The notes under the pieces are model-generated. The model saw only the letters and a program-made list of their open reading frames with translations. It had not been told where the DNA came from and did not search any database. DNA of 63,092 bases, filler included, from Deltaproteobacteria bacterium (GTDB lineage Bacteria > JAEEML01): NCBI GenBank assembly GCA_016283195.1. It is 6 parts of 6 records of this genome, joined end to end, with 100 filler letters (N's around TTAATTAATTAA, not from the genome) between each part and the next. Parts side by side here need not be neighbours in the genome. Positions count along the whole stretch, not along the records: positions 6,015 to 30,488 come from JAEEML010000114.1; 5 more parts are not named here. The stretch is one strand, 5' to 3'. Below, one piece after another: positions 7,667-17,130 of the stretch (its first letter is position 1; every line of letters begins with the position of its first letter). Position numbers and translations under genes: made by a program.

Positions 7667-8854
7667 TTAGAGAGATAAGTTATTTAACTTAATTAAACCG
7701 GCTTTCAGCCTGGCAACCCCTTGCTTAATATGCTCCTCAGAGATGGCAAAAGAAAGGCGCAAATAGCCCTCGGCGCCAAAAAAGAGGCCGGGAACCACAG
7801 CCAGCTTTTCATTTTCTAAAAGATATGTGGCTAAAGATTCAGTATCTTTAATCACATTATTTAAATATTTTTTTACATTTATAAACATATAGAAGGTCCC
7901 CTCCGGCAAATGGAAGGAGACACCTGGTATAGCACCTAAAAGCTCTGCCATCATATCGCGGCGGGCGCGGTATGAATCGCGCATCATGGTTACTATTTCC
8001 TGATCGCCCTTAAGTGCGGCCACCCCGGCAGTTTGCACAAAACTCGCTGGCCCGGAGGTGCAAGCTCCGGCAATTTTGCCCATGGCTGCAATAACTTCTT
8101 TCGGGCCATAAGCATACCCAAGGCGCCAACCGGTCATGGCATAGGCTTTAGAAAAGCTGCCCACTACCAAAGTGCGCTTTTGTAAATCGGGCGCAAAAGA
8201 GAGAATGGAACACTTATCGTCCGTATAAATAAGGCGCTCGTAGGTTTCGTCGGAAATAATGGCAATTTGCGGATATTTTCGCAAAAGCTCGGCCAGTTTC
8301 GGTAAATAATCGCCATGCGGCACCGCGCCGGTGGGATTATGGGGAAAATTCAAAATAATGAGCCTTGTTTTTGGGGTAATAGCCGCCTCTATCTGCTCGG
8401 TACTCGGCACATAGCCGCTCTCCTCGCCGGTGACAATAGGCACCACCGTACCGCCGGCAAAATAGACCATTTGCGGAAAAGAGACCCAATAAGGCGCCGG
8501 CAAAAGCACCTCATCTCCGGGATTTACCAAAGTGGCTATGCCGTCAAACAAAATTTGCTTGGCGCCGATGCCTACAATGATTTCCTGCATGGAGACCGGG
8601 AGGGCAAATTTTTTGGCATATTCTTCAGCCAGAGCTTCACGCAGAGCCTTTTTGCCGGCGGCTGGGGAATAATAAGTATCGCCGCCCTTAAGAGCGGCTA
8701 TAGCTGCGGCAACAATGGGCTCCGGAGTGGGAAAATCCGGCTCACCGACAGAAAGAGAAATGACATCTTCGCCGGCTTCACGCATGGCCCTGGCTTTGGC
8801 GCCGATAGCCAAAGTGGGAGATGGTGACATAACCTGCGTTCGCTTACTAATCAT
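7667..8854 (-). CDS. PLP-dependent class I aminotransferase (aspartate aminotransferase type)
   Basis: GEPDF, NFPHNPTG, SDETY, SFSKAYAMTGWRLG. Confidence 0.92.
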   Translation of the reverse strand: MISKRTQVMSPSPTLAIGAKARAMREAGEDVISLSVGEPDFPTPEPIVAAAIAALKGGDTYYSPAAGKKALREALAEEYAKKFALPVSMQEIIVGIGAKQILFDGIATLVNPGDEVLLPAPYWVSFPQMVYFAGGTVVPIVTGEESGYVPSTEQIEAAITPKTRLIILNFPHNPTGAVPHGDYLPKLAELLRKYPQIAIISDETYERLIYTDDKCSILSFAPDLQKRTLVVGSFSKAYAMTGWRLGYAYGPKEVIAAMGKIAGACTSGPASFVQTAGVAALKGDQEIVTMMRDSYRARRDMMAELLGAIPGVSFHLPEGTFYMFINVKKYLNNVIKDTESLATYLLENEKLAVVPGLFFGAEGYLRLSFAISEEHIKQGVARLKAGLIKLNNLSL

Positions 8855-8859
8855 TATAT

Positions 8860-9351
8860 TTACCCGATTTTTTTAAATTTTTTAATAAGTGCTTCTTCCA
8901 CAGGGCGCGGCACCAGACCGTGAATATCACCGCCGAAAGAAGCAAGTTCCCGCACAATGCTGGAGCTAACATAAAAATATTCTTCTGAAGTCATCATAAA
9001 AACGGTGTCCATCTCTTTATCGAGGCGCTTATTTAAATGGGCGATTTGAAATTCATATTCAAAATCGCTGATGGCTCTAAGGCCGCGAATGACAAAGTGC
9101 AGATCGTTATTTTTTAAATAATCCACCAAAAGGCCGTCAAAAGAGACCACTTTTACATTGGTAAGATGCGTGAGCGAAGCTTTTAATAAATCCACCCGCT
9201 CTTCTATGGTGAAAAGCGGCTTTTTGGCACTATTGACGGCTACGGCCACCACCACCTCGTCAAAAAGCTGGGCTCCGCGCTCGATGATATTGATATGACC
9301 GCTCGTAACCGGATCAAATGAACCGGGATATAAGGCATTTTTTGGGGCCAT
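8860..9351 (-). CDS. coaD: Pantetheine-phosphate adenylyltransferase
   Basis: YPGSFDPVTSGH, RGLRAISDFEYE, SSSIVRE. Confidence 0.97.
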   Translation of the reverse strand: MAPKNALYPGSFDPVTSGHINIIERGAQLFDEVVVAVAVNSAKKPLFTIEERVDLLKASLTHLTNVKVVSFDGLLVDYLKNNDLHFVIRGLRAISDFEYEFQIAHLNKRLDKEMDTVFMMTSEEYFYVSSSIVRELASFGGDIHGLVPRPVEEALIKKFKKIG

Positions 9352-9941
9352 TACGGCTCTTCTCCTAAAATTTTATAAAAATCCAGGGCGTTATTTCCAT
9401 AAACGCGGCTTTCGTATAACACCATTTGCGGCAGATTAAAAGAGGGCTGATTCTTGCCTCTTTGACAAATAATGCGCCCTTTAGGCATTAGCAAAGAAAA
9501 AAGCGCTGCCGGCCAAGCCATATTTGCCGCTCTCTCCCAAAGCTTATAAGGGGGATCGGCAAAAATATAGCGGAATTTTTGCCCCGAACCGCCGAGCATT
9601 TTTACTGCTCTTTCGATATCGAGAGGCCAAAGAGCCAGAGCGGGATTTTGTAAAAGCCCCATTTTGGCCAGCGATTTTTTAAGCGCTGCCAGTTCCGCCC
9701 GCCCGGACTCCACCAAAACCGCGGCCGGTGCCCCGCGCGAGAGAGCTTCCAGCCCCATGGCTCCACTGCCGCAAAAAAGATCCAAAAACGGCCCTTCGCT
9801 CAAAGTGGGCATGAGAGCATTAAAGAGGGCCTGACGCACCATAAGCGGCGTCGGGCGCACGACAGCATTAGGGACAAAAAGAATACTTCCCTTGTAAATT
9901 CCAGCGTTTATTTGAATACGACCAGGTGCTTTATCCATCAT
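9351..9941 (-). CDS. rsmD: 16S rRNA m2G966 methyltransferase
   Basis: RPT...RQALFN, LDLFCGSGAMGLEALSRGA, DPPY; conserved rsmD-coaD order. Confidence 0.9.
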   Translation of the reverse strand: MMDKAPGRIQINAGIYKGSILFVPNAVVRPTPLMVRQALFNALMPTLSEGPFLDLFCGSGAMGLEALSRGAPAAVLVESGRAELAALKKSLAKMGLLQNPALALWPLDIERAVKMLGGSGQKFRYIFADPPYKLWERAANMAWPAALFSLLMPKGRIICQRGKNQPSFNLPQMVLYESRVYGNNALDFYKILGEEP

Positions 9942-10122
9942 AGCTTGCCAAAATTTTCCAAGTTACCGCCGCTACTAGCAACTTCATGGTAGCAACCGCT
10001 CCATGTTACTACAGCAGATAAATTTATAAAATCTATTTTATCTATTTTAAAGCTGCACTATATTGCAGCCGGTTGCGCTGGGTAAAACAGGCAACACTAT
10101 AATTAAAAGGAGCTTTTTTCTT

Positions 10123-11397
10123 ATGCTAGACCTTAAAATCATCAAAGAAAATCCGGAAAAGATCAAAGAGATAATTATTAAACGCGGCATGAATCCCAAG
10201 ACGAGCGATGTCGATGCGCTTTTGGCTGCCGACGAAGAGCACCGCGCCGCTTTGGTTAAAGTTGAAGCTCTGCGCAGTGAGCGCAATAATCTTTCGGCTG
10301 CCATTCCCAAACTTCCGGCCGCCGAAAAGGGCGCGGCAGTGGCTAAAGTTAAAGCGTTAAAAGAAGAACTCACAGCCAAGGAGAGCGAGCTTAATGCTCT
10401 CGCCGAAAAGAAAAACGAACTCTGGCGGGCTATTCCCAACCTCCTGGCTGATGATGTACCCGATGGCGGCGAGGATGACGCCATCGAGATAAAAAAATGG
10501 GGCGACTTGCCTAAACTGGAAAACCCGCGCGACCATGTGGTTTTAGGCCAAATGACCGATACCATAGATTTTGAGCGGGCAGCCAAAGTCACCGGCGCCG
10601 GCTTTTATTATTTAAAACGCGAGGCCGCCCTTTTGGAACAGGCTTTAATCAGTTTTGCCATGGGTAAAGCCATCAAAGCCGGTTTTTGCCCCATGAGCAC
10701 CCCGGATTTGGCACGCGACACCATTTTGAGCGGCATCGGCTTTAATCCCCGCGGCCCGGAAACACAGGTTTATTCCATTCAAGATATGGATATCTCCCTG
10801 GTGGGTACTGCTGAGATTACTCTTGGGGGCTACCGCAGCGATGAAGTTTTAAAACTGGAGGAGCTGCCGCTGCAATTTGTCGGCCTTTCCCACTGCTTCC
10901 GCACCGAAGCCGGAGCTTATGGGCGCACCTCACGCGGACTTTACCGCGTGCACCAATTCAGCAAAGTGGAGCTCTTTGTCATTTGCCGGCCGGAAGAGAG
11001 CCCGGCCTGGCACGAAAAAATTCTGGCTCTTGAAGAATCTATTTTGCAAGAGCTCAAAATACCTTACCGCGTCATCAATATTGCCGCCGGCGACCTGGGC
11101 GCTCCGGCACTCAAAAAATATGACATAGAGGCCTGGATGCCCGGACGCAATGCCTACGGGGAAGTCACCAGCTGCTCTAACTGCACCGATTACCAAACCC
11201 GCCGCCTAAATGTGCGCTTTAAAAACAGCGAGGGCAAAGTGAATTTCTGCCACATGCTAAACGGCACCGCCACCGCTGTCTCACGGATGCTCATTTCGGT
11301 AATGGAAAATTATCAAAATAGCGACGGCTCAATTACCATTCCCGAGCCTCTTTTGCCTTATATGCACGGCATCACCACCATTCCGGTGAGGAACTGA
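10123..11397 (+). CDS. serS: Serine--tRNA ligase
   Basis: MLDLK start after AAGGAG; GTAE, CFRTEAG, RVHQFSKVE, EVTSCSNC, LNGT. Confidence 0.97.
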   Translation: MLDLKIIKENPEKIKEIIIKRGMNPKTSDVDALLAADEEHRAALVKVEALRSERNNLSAAIPKLPAAEKGAAVAKVKALKEELTAKESELNALAEKKNELWRAIPNLLADDVPDGGEDDAIEIKKWGDLPKLENPRDHVVLGQMTDTIDFERAAKVTGAGFYYLKREAALLEQALISFAMGKAIKAGFCPMSTPDLARDTILSGIGFNPRGPETQVYSIQDMDISLVGTAEITLGGYRSDEVLKLEELPLQFVGLSHCFRTEAGAYGRTSRGLYRVHQFSKVELFVICRPEESPAWHEKILALEESILQELKIPYRVINIAAGDLGAPALKKYDIEAWMPGRNAYGEVTSCSNCTDYQTRRLNVRFKNSEGKVNFCHMLNGTATAVSRMLISVMENYQNSDGSITIPEPLLPYMHGITTIPVRN

Positions 11398-11398
11398 T

Positions 11399-11962
11399 AT
11401 GTCTTTTATGTGCGCCGGCAAAAAAACCATTTTCACCCTTTTCACCGCCCTTTTACTCCTGGCGCTCTCGGCCTGTAACAAAGAACAACAGGCCGAGCAG
11501 CTGGAAATGCAGCGCTATGCCGTGCCCGACCAAGGCCTCGAGATCTTTTACCCAGCTGCCTGGAGTCAGCGCTATGATGAGCGGCAAGTTATTTTTTATC
11601 CCAGTGCCGAACTAAATAATCCTCTAAGCCCCAAAGTGGCTCTTGAGGTTGTGGCCGGAGCCAAAGGTTTTGAGGAGACAAAGCGCGATTTAAAACAAAT
11701 TGTGGAAGAAGGTTTAAGCAAAATTCCCAAAACAAGTGCCCCAAAAGTGCTTTTGCGCGAGCGCACTACTATTTTAGGCCAAGAGGCAGAAGACCTGGTA
11801 GTGAGCCTAAAAATCGGCGAGACCGCCTTTAAAGAAGAACTTCTTTATATTCCGCACCAGGGGAATTTTATTGCCCTCTACTACCTGGCCCCGAAAGATA
11901 AATTCGAGGAATATTTACCAATATTCCACAATATGCTTCTTAAATTATCGCTTAGCGAATAA
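11399..11962 (+). CDS. Lipoprotein, PsbP/DcrB-like fold possible
   Basis: Lipobox LSAC; YPAAW motif; C-terminal F..ML. Confidence 0.55.
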   Translation: MSFMCAGKKTIFTLFTALLLLALSACNKEQQAEQLEMQRYAVPDQGLEIFYPAAWSQRYDERQVIFYPSAELNNPLSPKVALEVVAGAKGFEETKRDLKQIVEEGLSKIPKTSAPKVLLRERTTILGQEAEDLVVSLKIGETAFKEELLYIPHQGNFIALYYLAPKDKFEEYLPIFHNMLLKLSLSE

Positions 11963-11972
11963 TAGGCTTTTT

Positions 11973-12689
11973 TTAAAAGACGCTATATTGCCCTTCGTTT
12001 TCCCCGGGAGTTAAATTAACCACTTTGGCTATTTCGCCCAGAATTTGGTGGCGAATATGGAGGTCATAATTCCCCGGCGGCAGGCCATTAAAAGAATAGT
12101 GGCCCTCGGCATCACTTATGGCATAAAGCGGCTCGGCGGCAACATAAATTGTTACATAGAGCCACTCTCCATGCCTTAGTTCGCCAAGTTGATAAAAACC
12201 GGTTTTTTGCAAAGTAAAAGAGCTATCGGTAGCCGGGGCCAGGGTAACCTGATTAACAATAGCTTTATTATAAATCAGATAAATATTATGACTGGCCGCT
12301 TTATCCTCATTAGTCAGCAAAAGAGAGCCGCCGTCTGCCAGCACCAGATAAGCGGGTGCAAAGGCACATTCATCAACTTTAACGCGGCCGCCCGGCGGCA
12401 CAGCTTTGGCAGCCAAAGCCGTGGGAAGCTCACTTAGCTCTTTGCTACCGATAGTAATAAGCGCCTCGGCCAGCTGCCCCTTCTCACCAACTTTGAGCAC
12501 TGCTTCCTGCTTGTGGCCGCACCAGTCGCTGCCTTTTTGGCTCTCACCATGCCCATGATAACTAACAGTGCCATGCAGGGTAGCCGTTTCAGCTGTTTTT
12601 TCGCTAAAAGAGCTCACCTGACCATGACAAGCCGCTAATTGTAAGATGAGCAAAATACCAAGAAAGCTGGCCGGAAAACAGGCTTTCAT
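11973..12689 (-). CDS. Lipoprotein with cupredoxin-like and carboxypeptidase-regulatory-like domains
   Basis: Lipobox LAAC; CAFAP, HNI, SDAEGHYSFNGLPPGNYDL. Confidence 0.6.
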   Translation of the reverse strand: MKACFPASFLGILLILQLAACHGQVSSFSEKTAETATLHGTVSYHGHGESQKGSDWCGHKQEAVLKVGEKGQLAEALITIGSKELSELPTALAAKAVPPGGRVKVDECAFAPAYLVLADGGSLLLTNEDKAASHNIYLIYNKAIVNQVTLAPATDSSFTLQKTGFYQLGELRHGEWLYVTIYVAAEPLYAISDAEGHYSFNGLPPGNYDLHIRHQILGEIAKVVNLTPGENEGQYSVF

Positions 12690-13093
12690 TGCTTTACCAA
12701 CTCGATAATCTGGGCCACAAGTTCTTTGGCCAGAAAGAGTTCTTCCGCCCGTGATTTGGTAGCCAGTTCACCGGCGGCGGCAATGGTTATCTCCCCGTTT
12801 TTGAGTTTTTCTTCGCGGAGCTCTTTGGCGATTAGCTGCTTGGCACCATCAAGAGAGTACTTTTTATCCTTTAAAAGTACTTTAATGCGCAGAAATAACT
12901 CTATATCACGGCGGCGATAACGCCTGTGGGCACTAGTACTCCTCTGCGGTCTAATACACGAAAACTCTTTTTCCCAGTAGCGCAAAGTGTAAGCCGGAAC
13001 ACCAACCGCCTCCACAGCCTCGCGCATAGCGAAAAATAATTTGTCGTTTTTCTTGCCGTTAAAAGCAGCCGCTCCGGAGCTGCACAGGGCCAT
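12686..13093 (-). CDS. MerR family HTH regulator (ihfA-associated)
   Basis: VPAYTLRYWEKEF...HRRY...YSLDGAK; conserved position after ihfA. Confidence 0.88.
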   Translation of the reverse strand: MALCSSGAAAFNGKKNDKLFFAMREAVEAVGVPAYTLRYWEKEFSCIRPQRSTSAHRRYRRRDIELFLRIKVLLKDKKYSLDGAKQLIAKELREEKLKNGEITIAAAGELATKSRAEELFLAKELVAQIIELVKQ

Positions 13094-13109
13094 AAGCTCT
13101 CTCTTAAAA

Positions 13110-13382
13110 TCAGTTGATGATTTGCTTGAGCAGCTGAGAGGGCCTGAAAGTCAGTACGCGGCGAGGAGAAATCTCGATATCTTTACCTGATTGCGGATTA
13201 CGGCCGAGACGTGCTCTTTTCACGCGCACTACAAAGTTACCGAAACCGCTGATTTTGACCTTTTCGCCATTACGCAAATTCTCTTTCATAATGGAAAAGA
13301 GATCCTCCACCACACCGGTAGCATCTTTTTTAGAAAAACCAAGTTCACGATAAATTTTCTCTACGATGTCTGCCTTAGTCAT
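13110..13382 (-). CDS. ihfA: Integration host factor alpha
   Basis: MTKADIVE...VKISGFGNF...RLGRNPQSG...RRVLTFRPSQ; GGAGGA RBS before 13382. Confidence 0.93.
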   Translation of the reverse strand: MTKADIVEKIYRELGFSKKDATGVVEDLFSIMKENLRNGEKVKISGFGNFVVRVKRARLGRNPQSGKDIEISPRRVLTFRPSQLLKQIIN

Positions 13383-13532
13383 CAAATCCTCCATTCGGGT
13401 GACTAAAAAAACAACGCGAATTAGCTAGCACAAGGGGGCCGTTAAAACAAGTAGGAAAATTCTCTTTTTTCATTTTCCGCCGCGAAAATATTTTTTGCGT
13501 TTTTAAGGTACTCAAAAAACTACATTGTGGAA

Positions 13533-13589
13533 TATAATAACCTCCCCTGATGTCCAGGGACAAACGGAGTGCCAACTCCAAGAGGAGGT
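13533..13589 (+). promoter_or_regulatory. -10 box and two-hairpin leader of paralog 1
   Basis: TATAAT at 13533-13538, CCCTG-ATGTC-CAGGG at 13545-13559, GGAGT-GCCA-ACTCC, then the GGAGG RBS. Confidence 0.5.
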
Positions 13590-13595
13590 TACCGC

Positions 13596-16500
13596 ATGAA
13601 GCCAAGAAGTAAACCGGCCCTGCTACTTATGTTCACTGCGCTTACAGCTTTTTCAAGCTGCCGGGAGACGCCGGAGCCTGTTCCGACTAAACCCAGTGGC
13701 CCAAGCCAGCAAGATCCGGTTCCCGGGCATGAATGCGGTACACTGCCTGTTCTTTCTTCCGGCAGTCACTGCGATGTTACCCTAGGCACCAATAAAGCTC
13801 TGCTCATCCGCAGTAATATTTTAGCCCCGAGCGAAGTTTTACAAGGCGGCTCGGTGCTGCTCGATGAAGACGGAATCATCCAATGCGTGGGCTGTAACTG
13901 CGCCGCTGAGAACCTGGCCGCCGGCGCCACCGTCATGGTTTGCCCGGACGCTGTTGTTTCCCCCGCTCTCATTAATGCTCATGAGCACATCGGCTGGGCC
14001 AAACTGGCACAGCCGGCCACCTACACTGATGAGCGCTATGAACATCGCCACCACTGGCGCAAAGGCAAAGCCAGCCACACTAAAATACCGCAACCCGGCA
14101 GCTCCAAAGCCGATGCCGACATTTTATACGGCGAACTGCGGCACTTTATCTCCGGCACGGTTTCCATGGCCGGTGCTGGCAAAGCCGACGGCCTTATGCG
14201 CAACCTCGATGAAAATCTCTCCGATACCAAAGAGGTGGGCGGCAATGTTTATAATCAAACCTTCCCGCTGGGTGATAACGACGGTAATTTATTGACCTCC
14301 GGCTGCAATTACCCCTGGAAAGACGACGTTCAAGATCTCAAAAACGAGTGCTATTTGCCACACATTGCCGAAGGTATCAACGCCGAAGCGCATAATGAAT
14401 TTCTCTGCATGAGCGGCCAGGGCAGCGGCAGCCGCGACCTAGTAGAGCCCAATACAGCCATTATCCACGCCGTGGGCATGAGCGCTATAGACGGCGAAGA
14501 GATATTAAATAACGATTCTTCCGTTGTTTGGTCGCCGCGCAGTAATGTCTCTCTTTACGGCAACACCGCCCCGGTCACCATGTACCACAACCAGGGCATA
14601 AACATTGCCATGGGCACCGACTGGGTGCTCTCCGGCTCAGCCAATATGGTGCGCGAGATGGCCTGCGCCGATTACATGAATAAAAAGCATTACGGCAGTT
14701 TCTTTAAAGCCTCCGATATCTGGCGCATGGCTACGGAAAACAGCGCCCGCGCTCTAAAAGTTGAAGACAAAATCGGCTTTTTAAAGAATGGCTACATCGG
14801 CGATATAGCTATTTACGCCTTAAACGGCGGTGCCAGTAGCCAAAATGTGGAAACTTATTATCAATCCATCATCGACTCCACTGCTGATGAAGTGGTCTTA
14901 GTTTTAAGAAGCGGCGAAATGGTCTTTGGCGATAGCGATATTTTTGATGCAGCCAATATTAACGATTGCGAATCCATGGGTGATGTCTGCGGCTCCACAA
15001 AAACTATCTGCATGACCGGTGCCCAATCAAAATATAGTGAAATAAAAGATGATGGAGCCTACAAGCTCTTTTATTGCAATAACAAATGGGAAGCCGAGCC
15101 GCCCTGCGTCCCGCAGCGCGATAACAAAGACAAAAACGGCAAAGTAATAGACTTTGGCGCCAAAGTCTCCACTTATGACGGCACTACTTCCAAAGATGAC
15201 AGCGACGGCGACGGCGTGCCTAATAGTGAAGATAACTGCCCCACTATCTTTAACCCCATAAGACCTCTGGATAAAGGCGTGCAGGCCGATACTGATGGCG
15301 ACGGCGTCGGCGATCTCTGCGACCCCTGCCCCACTGAGGCCAATACCACTGAGTGCAGTAAAGCCGATCCTAACGATCGTGATCGCGACGGCGTAAAAGA
15401 CGATGTCGATAATTGCCTTGGCAAATATAACCCAGTAGATGCGAGCGGCAAACAGCCCGATGCCGACGGCGACGGCAAAGGTGATGCTTGCGATGAATGC
15501 CCGAATGCCCCCAACCCCGGCAGTGCCCTGTGCCCGGCTATGGATTCTACTATTCCTGCCGTGCAAGGCGGCGAAGTGGCCGATGAAGTGCGCGTCAATG
15601 TCAGCGGCTACGTCTCGGCAATAGCCGCTAATACCAACAACAGCTTCTTTATCCAAACAGCCGCTTCATTTGCGAGCAAAGACGCAGCCAAAAATCAAGG
15701 TCTTTATGTCTATATAGACAAAAAAGAGACCGAAAATGTCAGCGCAGCCGGCAAGCTGAAAGTGGGGCAAAAAGTTACAGTTACCGCTACTGCCACCACC
15801 TTCCATGGCGAAAAAGAGCTCAATCTCGTGGAAAAAATCACTACCACTGACCCCACCGAAACTCCCATGATGCCGCTGGCTCTCACCATAGCCGACTTGA
15901 TAAGTGAAACTGCCACTCCTTATGAAGGTATTTTGGTCACCTTGAGCGATGTAAATGTGCTTACCGGCGGCACTTCTTATTTCTATATCGGCGAAAGCAC
16001 AGCCAAACTCTTGGTGGGCAACAAAATTTGGACTAACAGCATTCCGATCTCTACCGGCGCTACTTTAACCGCTATAACCGGTGTAGCCATGTTTGCCATG
16101 ACCGGTGATGCCAAAGACAGTGTCAGCACCATTGAGCCGCGCGGAAGTGCCGATATCGCCCAAGATTGCTCGGCCGGGAGCACTATTGTGGCCATGAATC
16201 CTAAAGCTATCACCTTAGCAGCCGGCGAAAAAGCGGCCATAACTCTCTCTATGAGCTGCCCTGATGCCGCCCAGGAAATTGCCTTAACGCCGGAAGATGC
16301 TTGCAGCGATCTCATCACTGTCGGTACGGCCTCTTTTGCCGCCGGTGCCGCCTCTGCCACCGCAGAAGTCACAGCTAAAGAGGGCAAAACCGGCAGCTGT
16401 AAAGTTAGTTATAACAATTTTGAAACGATGGTAACGGTAGCCGAAAAAGTAGGCGGCAGTGTTATAGGTTACAAAATCACTCTCACCAAAAACGAAAAAG

Positions 16501-16952
16501 GCGCTGCCGATCCCAGTAAACTTGTCGAAATAGATGTCCATAACTTTACCGAAGAGGCAGCTGCCGACACCTATGTGGTGGTCGCCAGAAAAATAGCCGA
16601 TTATGCCACTTGGCAATCAAAAGTGCCTAATTTGCCAGCGCAGGTTAGCGCCGATAAAGTCATATTTGTCAATTTGGGCGGCGGCACCAATGTGCAATTC
16701 AATGCCGATGAAGACGATCTTATCCGCCTCTATAAAAATGGCACCGAAGTCGAAGCGGCACGTCATTATATCGGCAAGAATTATGCTCTGCGCCAAAGCG
16801 ACGGCACCTTTAAAACCTCTACTGCTCCCCATGGTGCCGACGGTAAGGCCCCCAGCATAGTAACCGGAGTGAATGAACCGCTCTATCTTTATGAAACCGG
16901 CACCGGCATAGACAGCGGCAACGGCAACTACTTCATCTTCTACATTCCCTGA
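13596..16952 (+). CDS. Lipoprotein: amidohydrolase (deaminase-like) + thrombospondin type 3 repeats + OB-fold + C-terminal domain, paralog 1
   Basis: Lipobox FSSC; metal ligands NAHEH, PHIAEG, IIHAVG, GTDW; TSP3 repeats DxDGDGV...DNCP; OB-like FFIQ...GLYVY...GQKVTVTA. Confidence 0.8.
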   Translation: MKPRSKPALLLMFTALTAFSSCRETPEPVPTKPSGPSQQDPVPGHECGTLPVLSSGSHCDVTLGTNKALLIRSNILAPSEVLQGGSVLLDEDGIIQCVGCNCAAENLAAGATVMVCPDAVVSPALINAHEHIGWAKLAQPATYTDERYEHRHHWRKGKASHTKIPQPGSSKADADILYGELRHFISGTVSMAGAGKADGLMRNLDENLSDTKEVGGNVYNQTFPLGDNDGNLLTSGCNYPWKDDVQDLKNECYLPHIAEGINAEAHNEFLCMSGQGSGSRDLVEPNTAIIHAVGMSAIDGEEILNNDSSVVWSPRSNVSLYGNTAPVTMYHNQGINIAMGTDWVLSGSANMVREMACADYMNKKHYGSFFKASDIWRMATENSARALKVEDKIGFLKNGYIGDIAIYALNGGASSQNVETYYQSIIDSTADEVVLVLRSGEMVFGDSDIFDAANINDCESMGDVCGSTKTICMTGAQSKYSEIKDDGAYKLFYCNNKWEAEPPCVPQRDNKDKNGKVIDFGAKVSTYDGTTSKDDSDGDGVPNSEDNCPTIFNPIRPLDKGVQADTDGDGVGDLCDPCPTEANTTECSKADPNDRDRDGVKDDVDNCLGKYNPVDASGKQPDADGDGKGDACDECPNAPNPGSALCPAMDSTIPAVQGGEVADEVRVNVSGYVSAIAANTNNSFFIQTAASFASKDAAKNQGLYVYIDKKETENVSAAGKLKVGQKVTVTATATTFHGEKELNLVEKITTTDPTETPMMPLALTIADLISETATPYEGILVTLSDVNVLTGGTSYFYIGESTAKLLVGNKIWTNSIPISTGATLTAITGVAMFAMTGDAKDSVSTIEPRGSADIAQDCSAGSTIVAMNPKAITLAAGEKAAITLSMSCPDAAQEIALTPEDACSDLITVGTASFAAGAASATAEVTAKEGKTGSCKVSYNNFETMVTVAEKVGGSVIGYKITLTKNEKGAADPSKLVEIDVHNFTEEAAADTYVVVARKIADYATWQSKVPNLPAQVSADKVIFVNLGGGTNVQFNADEDDLIRLYKNGTEVEAARHYIGKNYALRQSDGTFKTSTAPHGADGKAPSIVTGVNEPLYLYETGTGIDSGNGNYFIFYIP

Positions 16953-17064
16953 GCCCCGTTTCTTCATCATTTGCATTATACAAGTCGCATTTTAAAGTAA
17001 TGATTAAGTTTTTCTCATATAGATAGAAAAGCCTAATTATGAGTTGTTTTAAAAGGCGTTTTTA

Positions 17065-17125
17065 TGCGATACTGGACTTCCCTGATGTCCAGGGGTTCTA
17101 ATGAGCGCAAGCTCGATAAGGGGGA
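17065..17125 (+). promoter_or_regulatory. Extended -10 box and two-hairpin leader of paralog 2
   Basis: TGcGATACT, an identical CCCTGATGTCCAGGG at 17080-17094, a GAGC-GCAA-GCTC hairpin, then the AGGGGG RBS. Confidence 0.5.
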
Positions 17126-17130
17126 TAATT

